Positions 9,257 through 19,103 of a stretch of DNA of 64,000 nt are shown here, piece after piece. This stretch comes from a bacterium (lineage in GTDB: Bacteria; Hinthialibacterota; Hinthialibacteria; Hinthialibacterales; Hinthialibacteraceae). The notes beneath the pieces are model-generated. The model had not been told where the DNA came from and made no database searches. It saw only the letters and a list, made by a program, of their open reading frames with translations. The number at the start of each line of letters is the position of its first letter. Position 1 is the stretch's first letter. The position numbers and the translations under genes are program-made. The stretch spans positions 32,001 through 96,000 of the forward strand of contig CAXXSM010000149.1 in NCBI GenBank assembly GCA_963663405.2, written 5' to 3'.

Positions 9257-12200
9257 ATGGGTGCGAATTTGTATACCAATGAATGGCATTCAATCCACAT
9301 GATATTCTACTATTCTATAATTTCTAATCGGAAAAGACTCTTCATCTTCTATTTGATATTTGTTGGTGTTTTATCTTGTCACGCAAATTCTTCTTGGCGG
9401 TATTGGAAAGTCACGGATGGATTGAGCGAATCATACTGTCATAGCGTTTCAATCGGTTACAATGGCAGTGTCTGGGTAAATCATGGGATCACAGGTACCA
9501 TGAGCCATATCACAGGATATCCCCTACGGAAAAAAGACGCCGTTTTTAACTTATCCAGTCCAGGGCCCTATGTGAAAGTGCTCCAAGACCATATTGGAAA
9601 TCTATTTTCTGTCTTCATGGGGAATCCTGGGGGATTTCAGCGATATCAACGTGAAACATGGGTGAAATATCCTGTGCAGGATATCCAACTAGTAAATTGG
9701 CTAGTCGCGGCGGATTTTCCATTTATTTCCACGGGCGCAAATACCATCCTTTATCTTTTACCCAAAAAAGTAATGGAATTCGACGCCGTTTCTTTAGAAA
9801 GTCGTATGGTCCTATCGTCAGAACAGACCGGTCTTGGTTCTTTTATCCATCTTACGGAAACATCCCATTACCCAGTCTGGATCACCGCTGAACGAGGCGT
9901 TGTGCGGTTGGAATCAGGAGAATTAAACCAGCTTCCCTATCAATGGAAGACGTATCCCCTCCCCGAATCGATCCAGGTCAAGCGATTACGGGAACCTTAT
10001 ATCGATCATCACGGCGCTTTGTATATCGTAGGAGACAGCGAAAGCAGCGGCGATCGCGTCTTGTTGGAATTTATGGATGGATGTTGGAAAGAGATCTATC
10101 AGAGCGATCGTCTAGAGCGGGGATGGCGGGATGTGGATGGCGTTTTGTGGATCCAAAAAGGCTATGAACGTTTGATGCGAATTCATGACGGGCGGGAACA
10201 TCTAATTGAGAACAAAAACGCTTTGTCCGGACAAATCTATGATATAAAAACACAACCGGATGGTGTCGCATGGATCGCCACTTCGCATGGACTCGCTCGA
10301 TATTCCCCCAGCGTTTGGCGGACTCCTTCCAGCTTGATTGATGTGAAAGACCTTGCGCTCACCATTTATGAAGATCCTGCAGGACGTCTTTGGTGCGCTT
10401 ATCGAAATATATTAGCGTTGAAGGAAAATGGACAGTGGGAAGTCTATCCGTTTGATTCAAGAATGGGTCCGACTTTTCATTTTCAAACCGATACATTGGG
10501 TATGCTAAGAGATGGCCGGCTCGCGATCGGTGTGTTTTGTCCGGATCGTTGTTACTTTTTACCCGAGCGCCGTCAATTCCAACTTGTCCATGAGGATGAG
10601 CGCAATTCGTATCAATATTTGGCTCCCCATCAGGATGGATTGATTTGGTTGGTTGTGCATGATACGAAGCGGGATATACATAGTCTAATGAGTTTTGATG
10701 GGAAACAATACGAGGAAATTATTCCCGACCTGAATTGTTTACAAGCCAATGATGTTAAAGATATCTATCGAGATCAGAAGAACCGGATTTGGATTGGGAC
10801 GACCGCCGAGTTGGCGCTCTATTCTGATGGGCGCTTCCAGCCGCTGGATGCGATGGAAACGTTTCACAACCAGGGGATATTCTGCATCCATGAGATCGAA
10901 CCGGGGACGCTTTGGTTTGGAGGGCGGAATACAATTGTTCAATATAAGGGAAACGAATGGTCAATCGTGCGGAGTGATATGGACGCTGTCCGATCGATGA
11001 TTACCGCTCAGGATGGCAGCATATGGATCGCGTCGCAAAGTGGTCTGCATCGTTTTTATCAAGGGATTTGGACTGTATATACGGATGAAGACGGATTGCC
11101 TGACATTGCCGTATACAACGTTTTTGAAGATCGTGATGGCGTGATCTGGGCGGGAACGAGCCGGGGAATCAGCCGTTATCATCCGGAATCGGACAGGGAT
11201 TGTCCGGATACAAATATTTTTATAGAAGAAAACTTATCAACAACGCCACCGGATGGCCAAGTGCGAATTGTGTTTTCTGGGGTGGATAAATGGAATCAAA
11301 CCCAGCGGGATCACATTCTCTATTCCTACCGGCTTGACCGGCGGCCTTGGTCCACGTATCGCCCAGCGACCTACGCTTCGTTTTCAAACCTAGCTCCTGG
11401 ATCGCATATGTTTGAAGTGCGGGCCATGGATCGGAACCGGAATGTAGATCCCGTACCCGCCTTGTTTGAATTTACGGTTCTACAACCTTGGTATCAGAAA
11501 CTTTCAGTCCAAATTACGTTCTGTGTCTGTATTGGCGCGATTATTATTCTTGCGCGGCTTCTTATCCATCGCCATCTTTGGCTTGAAAAGTTGGTGCAGG
11601 AACGAACCGTTGATTTGATCGCGGCGAATCAACAGTTGCACAAAGACGCAGAGGAATTGAAACAAGCGGAAACCCAACTCCGTTCCATGGCATCAGAATT
11701 AATTCTTTCAGAGGAACGCGAACGGCGCCGGATCGCTTCTGGACTGCACGACCGGATCGGTCATGCGCTGGCGTTCATCAAGATTAAGATTGGACAGTTT
11801 TTATCGACTTTGACTGATGAAGCGGACAAAGAAAACTTACATTCCATTCAGGGTGTGATTGATCATGCGATCAAAGAGACTCATGTATTGACGTTTGAGT
11901 TAAGCCCACCTATTCTGTACGAGTTGGGATTGGAAAAAGCCATTCATTGGCTGGTGAAAGAGTTTCACAAAATGTCGGGTGTGGCGCCTGTATTTGACGA
12001 TGATGGTCTCCGGGCGCCGTTGGAAGAAAATGTGCGTATTTTTCTATTTCAAGCCGTGCGTGAATTGTTGATGAATACTGCGAAACATGCGAAGGCGAAG
12101 CGGGTTGCGGTATCGATTGTTCATTTACCTGAGACGATCGTTATCACGATTGAAGACGACGGTATAGGATTTAGTCCTAGTTCGAATCAAACGCAGGCTC

Positions 12201-12343
12201 ACAAGGGATTTGGATTGTTCAGTATTTCTCAGCGGCTGCAGCATATTGGGGGGGATTGCCGGGTTGAATCGCATGCGCAACAAGGGACGCGTATCGTTTT
12301 GACCGCTCCTATCCGTAGAACGGGGGATTGTTCCGATGGCTGA
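9257..12343 (+). CDS. Sensor histidine kinase: periplasmic beta-propeller/Y_Y_Y region, TM helix, HisKA_3 and HATPase
   Basis: DGL...EDxxGxxW propeller repeats; YSYRLD...FSNLAPGSHMFEVRA; TM after PWYQ; EERERRRIASGLHDRIG H-box; ELLMNTAKHA, DDGIGF and GFGL ATPase motifs. Confidence 0.9.
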   Translation: MGANLYTNEWHSIHMIFYYSIISNRKRLFIFYLIFVGVLSCHANSSWRYWKVTDGLSESYCHSVSIGYNGSVWVNHGITGTMSHITGYPLRKKDAVFNLSSPGPYVKVLQDHIGNLFSVFMGNPGGFQRYQRETWVKYPVQDIQLVNWLVAADFPFISTGANTILYLLPKKVMEFDAVSLESRMVLSSEQTGLGSFIHLTETSHYPVWITAERGVVRLESGELNQLPYQWKTYPLPESIQVKRLREPYIDHHGALYIVGDSESSGDRVLLEFMDGCWKEIYQSDRLERGWRDVDGVLWIQKGYERLMRIHDGREHLIENKNALSGQIYDIKTQPDGVAWIATSHGLARYSPSVWRTPSSLIDVKDLALTIYEDPAGRLWCAYRNILALKENGQWEVYPFDSRMGPTFHFQTDTLGMLRDGRLAIGVFCPDRCYFLPERRQFQLVHEDERNSYQYLAPHQDGLIWLVVHDTKRDIHSLMSFDGKQYEEIIPDLNCLQANDVKDIYRDQKNRIWIGTTAELALYSDGRFQPLDAMETFHNQGIFCIHEIEPGTLWFGGRNTIVQYKGNEWSIVRSDMDAVRSMITAQDGSIWIASQSGLHRFYQGIWTVYTDEDGLPDIAVYNVFEDRDGVIWAGTSRGISRYHPESDRDCPDTNIFIEENLSTTPPDGQVRIVFSGVDKWNQTQRDHILYSYRLDRRPWSTYRPATYASFSNLAPGSHMFEVRAMDRNRNVDPVPALFEFTVLQPWYQKLSVQITFCVCIGAIIILARLLIHRHLWLEKLVQERTVDLIAANQQLHKDAEELKQAETQLRSMASELILSEERERRRIASGLHDRIGHALAFIKIKIGQFLSTLTDEADKENLHSIQGVIDHAIKETHVLTFELSPPILYELGLEKAIHWLVKEFHKMSGVAPVFDDDGLRAPLEENVRIFLFQAVRELLMNTAKHAKAKRVAVSIVHLPETIVITIEDDGIGFSPSSNQTQAHKGFGLFSISQRLQHIGGDCRVESHAQQGTRIVLTAPIRRTGDCSDG

Positions 12344-12998
12344 AAACTCAGTTCGTATCATTATTGCGGACGACCATGATATCATTCGTCATGGATTAAG
12401 AATCTTGTTGGATCAGATCGAGGAGTACGATGTGGTGGCGGAGGCGGATAATGGACGCCGCATCTTTCAGCTCGCGCGGGAGACGCAGCCGGATATCATC
12501 ACGATGGATATCACCATGCCGGAACTCAATGGGATCGAAGCGACGCGGCAAATTCTGGCCGAATGTCCAAACATCCAAATCATTGGACTGACTATGCATC
12601 CCAACTTTTTTTTCGCGGAGGAGATGTTTCTGGCGGGGGCGAAAGGGTATGTGCTTAAATCGAATGTCATGGAAGAACTCATCCCCGCTATTCAGACTGT
12701 CTTAAAGGGGGAAACGTATGTCAGTCCATTGATCAAAGATATCGAAACTGATTTTTTCTCTTCATCAACGCCACCGTCTGATAAATTGCTGTTTAAAACA
12801 TTGACCGCGAGAGAGCGGGAAGTTTTACAGCTGATCGCAGAAGGAAAATCAACAAAAGAGATTGCTTCATTAATCCATATCACCACGAAGACAGTAGAAA
12901 AACACCGTCATTTTGTTAAAAAGAAACTGAACATTCATGCAACAGCGGATTTTGTTAAATTCGCGTTGCGAATGGGATTGACCTCATTGGAATGCTGA
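12336..12998 (+). CDS. NarL/LuxR-family response regulator
   Basis: IIIADDH, MDITMPELNG, and C-terminal LTAREREVLQLIAEGKSTKEIA HTH. Overlaps the kinase stop codon. Confidence 0.95.
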   Translation: MAENSVRIIIADDHDIIRHGLRILLDQIEEYDVVAEADNGRRIFQLARETQPDIITMDITMPELNGIEATRQILAECPNIQIIGLTMHPNFFFAEEMFLAGAKGYVLKSNVMEELIPAIQTVLKGETYVSPLIKDIETDFFSSSTPPSDKLLFKTLTAREREVLQLIAEGKSTKEIASLIHITTKTVEKHRHFVKKKLNIHATADFVKFALRMGLTSLEC

Positions 12999-13115
12999 GG
13001 AAATCGCTGATATTGGATGATTGTCAGGTATTATCAATGTGGCGAATGAGGAAAGTGGGCGCATTGTGGATGTAATTCTCCTTTTCGATTCTCCCGGTCA
13101 GCGAGTCTTTTTTAA

Positions 13116-13381
13116 GATTCTTCCGACAAGTGAGTACGTTTCTCAACAATCCATTCACTTTTTGAAGGAAATTTAGAAGCCCAGCGCTGCTATACAGGAT
13201 TCTAATTGTCTGAACCTTGATTCGCTTGATTTTCTTGATTTTAAATCATGGTAATCCTATAATCATTTTAAGACAGCGCCAGCTGGCTGGCTTTTAAATC
13301 ATGGTTCAGACAATTAGGCCATCCTGAACAAAGATCGCAATTCCCCAAAATGATTTTTTGTACTCAATTACCGGATGAACC
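13116..13381 (-). mobile_element. MITE copy 2, with 8-bp target-site duplication
   Basis: TIRs at 13116-13137 and 13360-13381 (17/22). TTTTTTAA flanks both sides (13108-13115 and 13382-13389). Confidence 0.85.
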
Positions 13382-13446
13382 TTTTTTAATATGTGAAGGT
13401 TATCAAAGATGGATATCCAGGAATCCTTTTGTTTACCAGGTGATCC

Positions 13447-14064
13447 TTAATTGTCTATAGATTTTTGTTGTTTCTTTGCGAGTATCGAGACAATCCATTT
13501 TGACAGAATCCAAATCCATGCGTAGATCGTCAGTAATGGATCGATAAGATAATCCAACAAATTCTGTGATTCCAACAATTGTACATGATAAGAGACTATC
13601 GATAAAGAAAGGAATACCACTGCGCCGCGCCGATTCGAAAACCATCCCCAAATTGAAAACAAAAGTAAAGGAATCGCGAGATAGACCGGATGAAATCCAA
13701 GACGATACGGATCGTAGATTGTCCATCCTAAAGCCAATGGATAGTAAAACAAACCGAAAAGCGCCGCTCCATACATGATTACACGAAACGATCGGCTATC
13801 GAGGCTCTTCCACTGCCATAAGTGTTTTGAAATAAAACTGACAAGAAGGAGAGTGGTGAGCGTACTTGGATTTCCTATGTGACCAAAGAGATAATACGCT
13901 AGGGGAGCGCGAGAGAGAGGGATGAAGAGCAGCAGAAATAGTAACGTGGATAGAATCGCGCGCAGCCAGATAGGAGTGTTTCTTTCTTTGAAAAAGACCA
14001 CCGCTATGGCAGTGAGAAGAATATACATCTGCAGGAATGCGAACAAGTTTTGCAGTATTGTCAT
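13447..14064 (-). CDS. Integral membrane hypothetical protein
   Basis: Several TM segments with YPLALG..YDPY.LG and SQNLLDYLIDP motifs. The start at 14064 overlaps the upstream stop (ATGA). Confidence 0.7.
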   Translation of the reverse strand: MTILQNLFAFLQMYILLTAIAVVFFKERNTPIWLRAILSTLLFLLLFIPLSRAPLAYYLFGHIGNPSTLTTLLLVSFISKHLWQWKSLDSRSFRVIMYGAALFGLFYYPLALGWTIYDPYRLGFHPVYLAIPLLLFSIWGWFSNRRGAVVFLSLSIVSYHVQLLESQNLLDYLIDPLLTIYAWIWILSKWIVSILAKKQQKSIDN

Positions 14065-15224
14065 GGCAGAGCCTCCAGCCATGACAGATTGAAATGGATA
14101 TGTTTGATCTGCGTCCGTTTCCAGGTATAGACGACGTGAATTGTTCCATCATCCACCTGGATGATGTAAGGATAGGTATGTTTCATATACTCGGAGTTTT
14201 TTACAGGTTGGTGCGGTTCGAATTCGTAGAGGACATCCCATGTGTTTCCTTCATCGTGAGACTGGGCTAAAGACAGATTTTCTCGCCGCCGTTCCGAATT
14301 GTTAAAGACAAGCAGAAGGCGTCCATCCTGCAAACGGATCCCCGAAACGCCTTTATTTGGATTGGGAAGGCTTATATCCACAAGTGGAGACCAATGGAAT
14401 CCCGCATCCTCTGTCCGGCACATTTTGATATGTCGTGGAAAGCCTCCTTCATTCCGGAACAAAGCGATTGAGGTTTGCTCGTTGATGGGAACGCAGGAGG
14501 GTTGAAAGTATGATCGCCCCCATGACATACGGATTTTGTCAACGATTCCACCATGTTCATCCAAGATAAGATACTCGCCAAATTTCCCTACCATTTCGTG
14601 GTAAACTGGAACGCCGATCCATCCGTTTGTATAAAGCAGCGGGGTTCCTTTTACCAGCGTACTGATATTGAAGAATGGAGACGTAACGAGCCGTTTCGCT
14701 GTGGACCAGGTTTCTCCCCCATCCTGGGAACGTACGAAATTGATGGCGCATGTGGACCAACCGCTGATTGAAGTGGTGACGTAAAGCAAGCAGAGATTGT
14801 TTTGCTGATCGTGAAAAAGAAGGGGATTACCGATTTTTTTGATATAACGTTTGACATCGTTTTGAGTTTGCCGCCGGCCGATGAGTGGTTGGGATTCAGA
14901 CCATGCTTGTTGCGATGGATCGTATACCGATGTGTAAAGCGCGACGTCTAAAGCGCCTTCTTCAGTTCCACCATACCAGACGGCGCGGATGGATCCGTTC
15001 TTTGTCTGGGCGATGGACGAACTATGAACCCGTTGAGTTTTTGAATGTTTAGGAAGAAAGGTCTCCAAGTATAGCGGTTTTTCATCCGGCGCGGGATTGC
15101 GTGGTTCATTAATTATAATCCGCAATGGTTCCTGCGATTCATTCCAGGATAAAAGAAAAGGAAGAAAGGTCGTGAGGATGAGTAATGCGAATGCGATATG
15201 TTGATAGTGTCCTCGATTCAGCAT
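14061..15224 (-). CDS. BNR/Asp-box sialidase-like protein
   Basis: Asp boxes SQDGGETWS, TEDAGFHWS and SHDEGNTWD; WYGGTEEG; YPYIIQ..DG.IHVVYTW; N-terminal anchor. Confidence 0.85.
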   Translation of the reverse strand: MLNRGHYQHIAFALLILTTFLPFLLSWNESQEPLRIIINEPRNPAPDEKPLYLETFLPKHSKTQRVHSSSIAQTKNGSIRAVWYGGTEEGALDVALYTSVYDPSQQAWSESQPLIGRRQTQNDVKRYIKKIGNPLLFHDQQNNLCLLYVTTSISGWSTCAINFVRSQDGGETWSTAKRLVTSPFFNISTLVKGTPLLYTNGWIGVPVYHEMVGKFGEYLILDEHGGIVDKIRMSWGRSYFQPSCVPINEQTSIALFRNEGGFPRHIKMCRTEDAGFHWSPLVDISLPNPNKGVSGIRLQDGRLLLVFNNSERRRENLSLAQSHDEGNTWDVLYEFEPHQPVKNSEYMKHTYPYIIQVDDGTIHVVYTWKRTQIKHIHFNLSWLEALP

Positions 15225-15242
15225 AGTTATTGTTGAGACAAT

Positions 15243-15947
15243 CTAGGCGTTCAGCGCTTGGGTAGAATCTGTTTTATCTCGTACTTGAATATCATAGATC
15301 TCTGGATTGAAGGGACAGATCAACACCAACAGGAATAGAAAACTGCCGCAGAATTCCATCAATTCTCCGACCTTTGAATGATCGATCGAATAGACACATC
15401 CAGCGAATACGATCAAGCTGATCGCCTGCCTGAATGTGGGGATGGGGATTCCAAATGAATTAATGAAAGCTTTTATATTATCCCGTCTTTTGTATATAGG
15501 CGGAAGAATGAAAAAATAGACAACGATCAATACCGCGAGGATTTTGCCGAAAACAAGTTTGTTGATTTTTGTTCCTCCCACGACTAAATTGTGAAAGTTC
15601 AATTCCTCCTGGGCGTTATGATCGATGAAAAAATCGGGGCTTTGAATATTGAATAACCGCTGGCCCCAGGATATTTCTTCTCCCATACCGAATAAGAAAA
15701 CGCATCCCGCGAAAGTCAATGTCAACAAGAACCGTTTTGATCGAACCTTGCGTAAATAATAGACTCTCCAAAAGCAGAGGAATGATCCAGCAAGCAACGC
15801 GACCGCTGTCAGATATTCAATGCACCCATCTTCTTGGACGAATGATTCAAACACATTGGGCGATACGAACCTGAGAATGATACCTGTGATTGGAAAGAGT
15901 ACTATACAGGCAAGATAAGCAATTTCAAAAACAGTTCTTCGATACAT
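15243..15947 (-). CDS. Conserved multi-pass membrane protein
   Basis: Several TM helices with EDG..E and GEEISWGQR...HNAQEELNFHN motifs. Confidence 0.7.
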   Translation of the reverse strand: MYRRTVFEIAYLACIVLFPITGIILRFVSPNVFESFVQEDGCIEYLTAVALLAGSFLCFWRVYYLRKVRSKRFLLTLTFAGCVFLFGMGEEISWGQRLFNIQSPDFFIDHNAQEELNFHNLVVGGTKINKLVFGKILAVLIVVYFFILPPIYKRRDNIKAFINSFGIPIPTFRQAISLIVFAGCVYSIDHSKVGELMEFCGSFLFLLVLICPFNPEIYDIQVRDKTDSTQALNA

Positions 15948-16183
15948 TGAGTAAATGCGTTCTCCGAATAAATCCTTTTTTACTGTATTAGAAAAAGGAT
16001 ATCTAAAAAAGAGTGACCTGCGCGAATTATCAAATAGCGCATTATTATCTATTTTTTGTCCTATCAGGATATTCTAAATTGGATAATAATAAAGGTTTAT
16101 TCGGAAAGTATGCGGCTTGAGGATAGAAGGAAGGATATGAATCGTAAAACGCATCGTTTCGTTCTTAAGTATCGATCATCGTT

Positions 16184-17341
16184 TTGAATCTATTAAGGAA
16201 CACTCGTTCACCAAAATTAGATATGAGACTATTAAATCGAATGTTGAAATGGAGACCCGGCAAGACTCTCCTATTTAAATTCTGCGCGATTGCGCTGTCT
16301 GTTCTTTGTGTTTTTGCTGGATTGGAAATCGTGTTGCGTGGTATCGGATACCATCCTTCCTATGTGAATCCACTGCGCTCTTTTCACGAAAACGATCCCG
16401 TTTTGGGGTGGCGGGGGAAGAGAAATTTTACCGGGCGTTTCGTCAAACCTTGGTTTGATGTGGAAATTGCGCACGACGAAAACGGATTCAGAAAACAAGT
16501 TGTACAAAACGAACCCAGCGCTGACGCCAAACGGATTATTTTCTATGGCGACTCTTTTACCTGGGGGTGGGGTGTGGGACAAGGGAAAACAGTAACGGAC
16601 CGTTTACGCGTTCTCCTTCCCGCGTATAAAGTAATCAATCGGGGGATTAACGCGTCGGGAACTGTGATGCAGTATACGTTATTCAATCAAGAATTCTCAG
16701 CGTCACTTTCACCGGGGGATACTGTTATTCTGTTGTTTTTTTATAATGATTACAGCGATAACGTTGATGATTCCGGTGGGCGTCTATCCGCTCGGATCAA
16801 GGATGACGCGGTTGTTCTCGTTCCTCCCAGCCATGTTCTCTCTGAATCCCGATTGTCAACATATTCATATTTATTAAACTTCCTGCATTTTAAAATCAAT
16901 ACACTCAAATTGCATTATAAAACTCTCCGCGCATTGGACCGATCCTATGTGTTGGAACGGATTGGAGAATCCGATCCTTCTGTCGCGATCACAAAGCTTT
17001 TTCTGTCAAAATTCCAAGAAGACTGTCATCACCGCGAAGCGGAATTCCTACTGGCGTATATTCCGGGGCAGGCGGAGATGAATGAATTGAATGCCAATTT
17101 AGATGAGCAACTGCAAGCTGAAGAATCATTCCGGGCAGTGACTTTTAAGATCGCGAAGGACCTGAATCTGAAAACATTGGATTTTCTTCCTGCGTTTTTC
17201 GAATATAAGCGGCAGAATCCATCCACTCTCCTGACGTTCCAGATCGATCAGCATTGGAACGAACACGGACACGAACTCGCCGCGCAAGCGATTTGCCAGT
17301 ATCTGCGAGAAGAATGGAACTATCCGGGTCCATCCTTTTGA
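16184..17341 (+). CDS. Membrane-anchored SGNH/GDSL hydrolase-fold protein
   Basis: GDSFTWG (block I), NRGINASG, FFYND and DQHWNEHGH (DxH). The true start may be downstream. Confidence 0.85.
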   Translation: MNLLRNTRSPKLDMRLLNRMLKWRPGKTLLFKFCAIALSVLCVFAGLEIVLRGIGYHPSYVNPLRSFHENDPVLGWRGKRNFTGRFVKPWFDVEIAHDENGFRKQVVQNEPSADAKRIIFYGDSFTWGWGVGQGKTVTDRLRVLLPAYKVINRGINASGTVMQYTLFNQEFSASLSPGDTVILLFFYNDYSDNVDDSGGRLSARIKDDAVVLVPPSHVLSESRLSTYSYLLNFLHFKINTLKLHYKTLRALDRSYVLERIGESDPSVAITKLFLSKFQEDCHHREAEFLLAYIPGQAEMNELNANLDEQLQAEESFRAVTFKIAKDLNLKTLDFLPAFFEYKRQNPSTLLTFQIDQHWNEHGHELAAQAICQYLREEWNYPGPSF

Positions 17342-17457
17342 GTCCTTTCCCACGCTGTTCCAGCGATTGTATCCATAAAAAGAATTCATTCTATCCGTTC
17401 CCGGATGTTGAAGGGAATGGATGATTTCTTTACAATGGCGAACGGATTTTAATCTTT

Positions 17458-18636
17458 TTGAAAGGAATGTGTATCATGACACAGAAACGAGGATTGGCAC
17501 TACTCATTACCGTCGTCTTTCTCTGCGGGGTATGGGGAGAGACGCAAGCGGACGAATCCGGATTCAATGGTTTAAATGTTAACCTAGGGAACTTATACCG
17601 GCTATCGGACGCAAAAACCCGTTCTATCAGTCCAGAGAATTTCACAGGCGAAAAAGGAAAAGGCGGCATGGCGACGGAGGGAACCGGTGAGAGAGCGGCG
17701 CGTGATCTCGGCCGAGGGTGGAAGGTCTCACCATCTGTCAGCATTGAAGAGAAATCCACATTCGTTATGGCGGAGATTGATGGACCGGGGGCGATTCAAC
17801 ACATCTGGTTGACTCCCACCGGCAATTGGCGATTCTCCATCTTGCGGATTTATTGGGATGGTGAGGAGAATCCATCGGTGGAATGTCCTATCGGCGATTT
17901 TTTCGCGTGTGGATGGGGACAGTATGCGCAGGTCAATTCCCTGGCGGTCTGCGTTAATCCAGGGAGCGCTTTCAACTGCTATTGGTGTATGCCGTTTCGT
18001 CAAAAATGCAAGATCACACTTGAGAACATCGATGAGAACGAAATGCGGCTCTATTATCAGATTGATTACACACTCACAGATGTGCCGGATGACGCCGCGT
18101 ACTTCCATGCCCAGTTCCGCAGAGTCAATCCATTGCCCTATAAAGAGGTGTATACCATTGTGGATGGCATCAAAGGGAAGGGGCAGTATGTGGGAACGTA
18201 TATGTGCTGGGGTGTAAACAACCGTGGTTGGTGGGGGGAAGGCGAAATTAAATTTTATATGGACGGCGATACCGATTTCCCTACGATTTGCGGCACTGGG
18301 ACGGAGGATTATTTCTGTGGATCCTATAATTTTGAGAACAAAGTCGAAAAACGATACCAAGAATTCTCAACTCCTTACACTGGCCTCCCGCAGGTCATTC
18401 GCCCGGATGGGCGCTATGAATCGCAGCAGCGATTCGGCCTGTATCGTTGGCACATTACCGATCCGATCCGTTTTGAAGAGGATCTCCGCGTCACGATTCA
18501 AGCGCTGGGTTGGCGTTCCGGCGGCCGGTACCTGCCTTTACAAGACGATATCGCCTCAACCGCCTTCTGGTACCAAACCGAACCTCACGCCGCATTTCCT
18601 TCCTTGCCAGATAAAGATTATCTAGAAATTAAATAG
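17458..18636 (+). CDS. GH172 (DUF2961) glycoside hydrolase
   Basis: SISPENFTGEKGKGG, GPGAIQHIW, WWGEGE, GTGTEDYF, YRWHI.DPI.F. Confidence 0.92.
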   Translation: MKGMCIMTQKRGLALLITVVFLCGVWGETQADESGFNGLNVNLGNLYRLSDAKTRSISPENFTGEKGKGGMATEGTGERAARDLGRGWKVSPSVSIEEKSTFVMAEIDGPGAIQHIWLTPTGNWRFSILRIYWDGEENPSVECPIGDFFACGWGQYAQVNSLAVCVNPGSAFNCYWCMPFRQKCKITLENIDENEMRLYYQIDYTLTDVPDDAAYFHAQFRRVNPLPYKEVYTIVDGIKGKGQYVGTYMCWGVNNRGWWGEGEIKFYMDGDTDFPTICGTGTEDYFCGSYNFENKVEKRYQEFSTPYTGLPQVIRPDGRYESQQRFGLYRWHITDPIRFEEDLRVTIQALGWRSGGRYLPLQDDIASTAFWYQTEPHAAFPSLPDKDYLEIK

Positions 18637-18669
18637 AAAAACATCAATCAAGTCGATACGATGCAATTG

Positions 18670-18695
18670 GGGACGCGCTCGCGTCCCTTTTTTTT
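18670..18695 (+). terminator. Intrinsic terminator
   Basis: GGGACGC-GCTC-GCGTCCC followed by T8. Confidence 0.85.
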
Positions 18696-19103
18696 ATCTG
18701 TGCGTCAGGCATGGTGCACAGCGTCAAGACGGCGCTAGTTCGACTATGGACAACGGAAGTGGAATTATGAGGTGTACCCCATTGTCAAGACAGGAATCAA
18801 GGAAATTTAAAGTAGGTTTTCAACCTCGATTTCGTTCAACTCAAGTCTCCTTATTTGGGATCCGGAAATCATGATGATTCCAGATTCTCATAAAACTTTC
18901 CGATATTATACACTACCAGGAGAAACGGAGATCGGTTCTGCTGTAGAGCAACCGGTCAAGGGATATCCTGGTGCGTGTGCGACGGATTGCCGTCAGGGAG
19001 ACGTATCAGATCATCCCCTTTTTTCGATCATTTCAAGATAATCCAGAGCATTTGCCAATGCCTTAAAAAACTCAAACGCAAAGTTCTTGGACCGTCAAGT
19101 TTT

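Noticed and set aside
6257-13389. Proven composite transposon
   Set aside because: The outer flanks (AAAAATAT versus TTTTTTAA) are not a duplication, and copy 2 has its own TSD.
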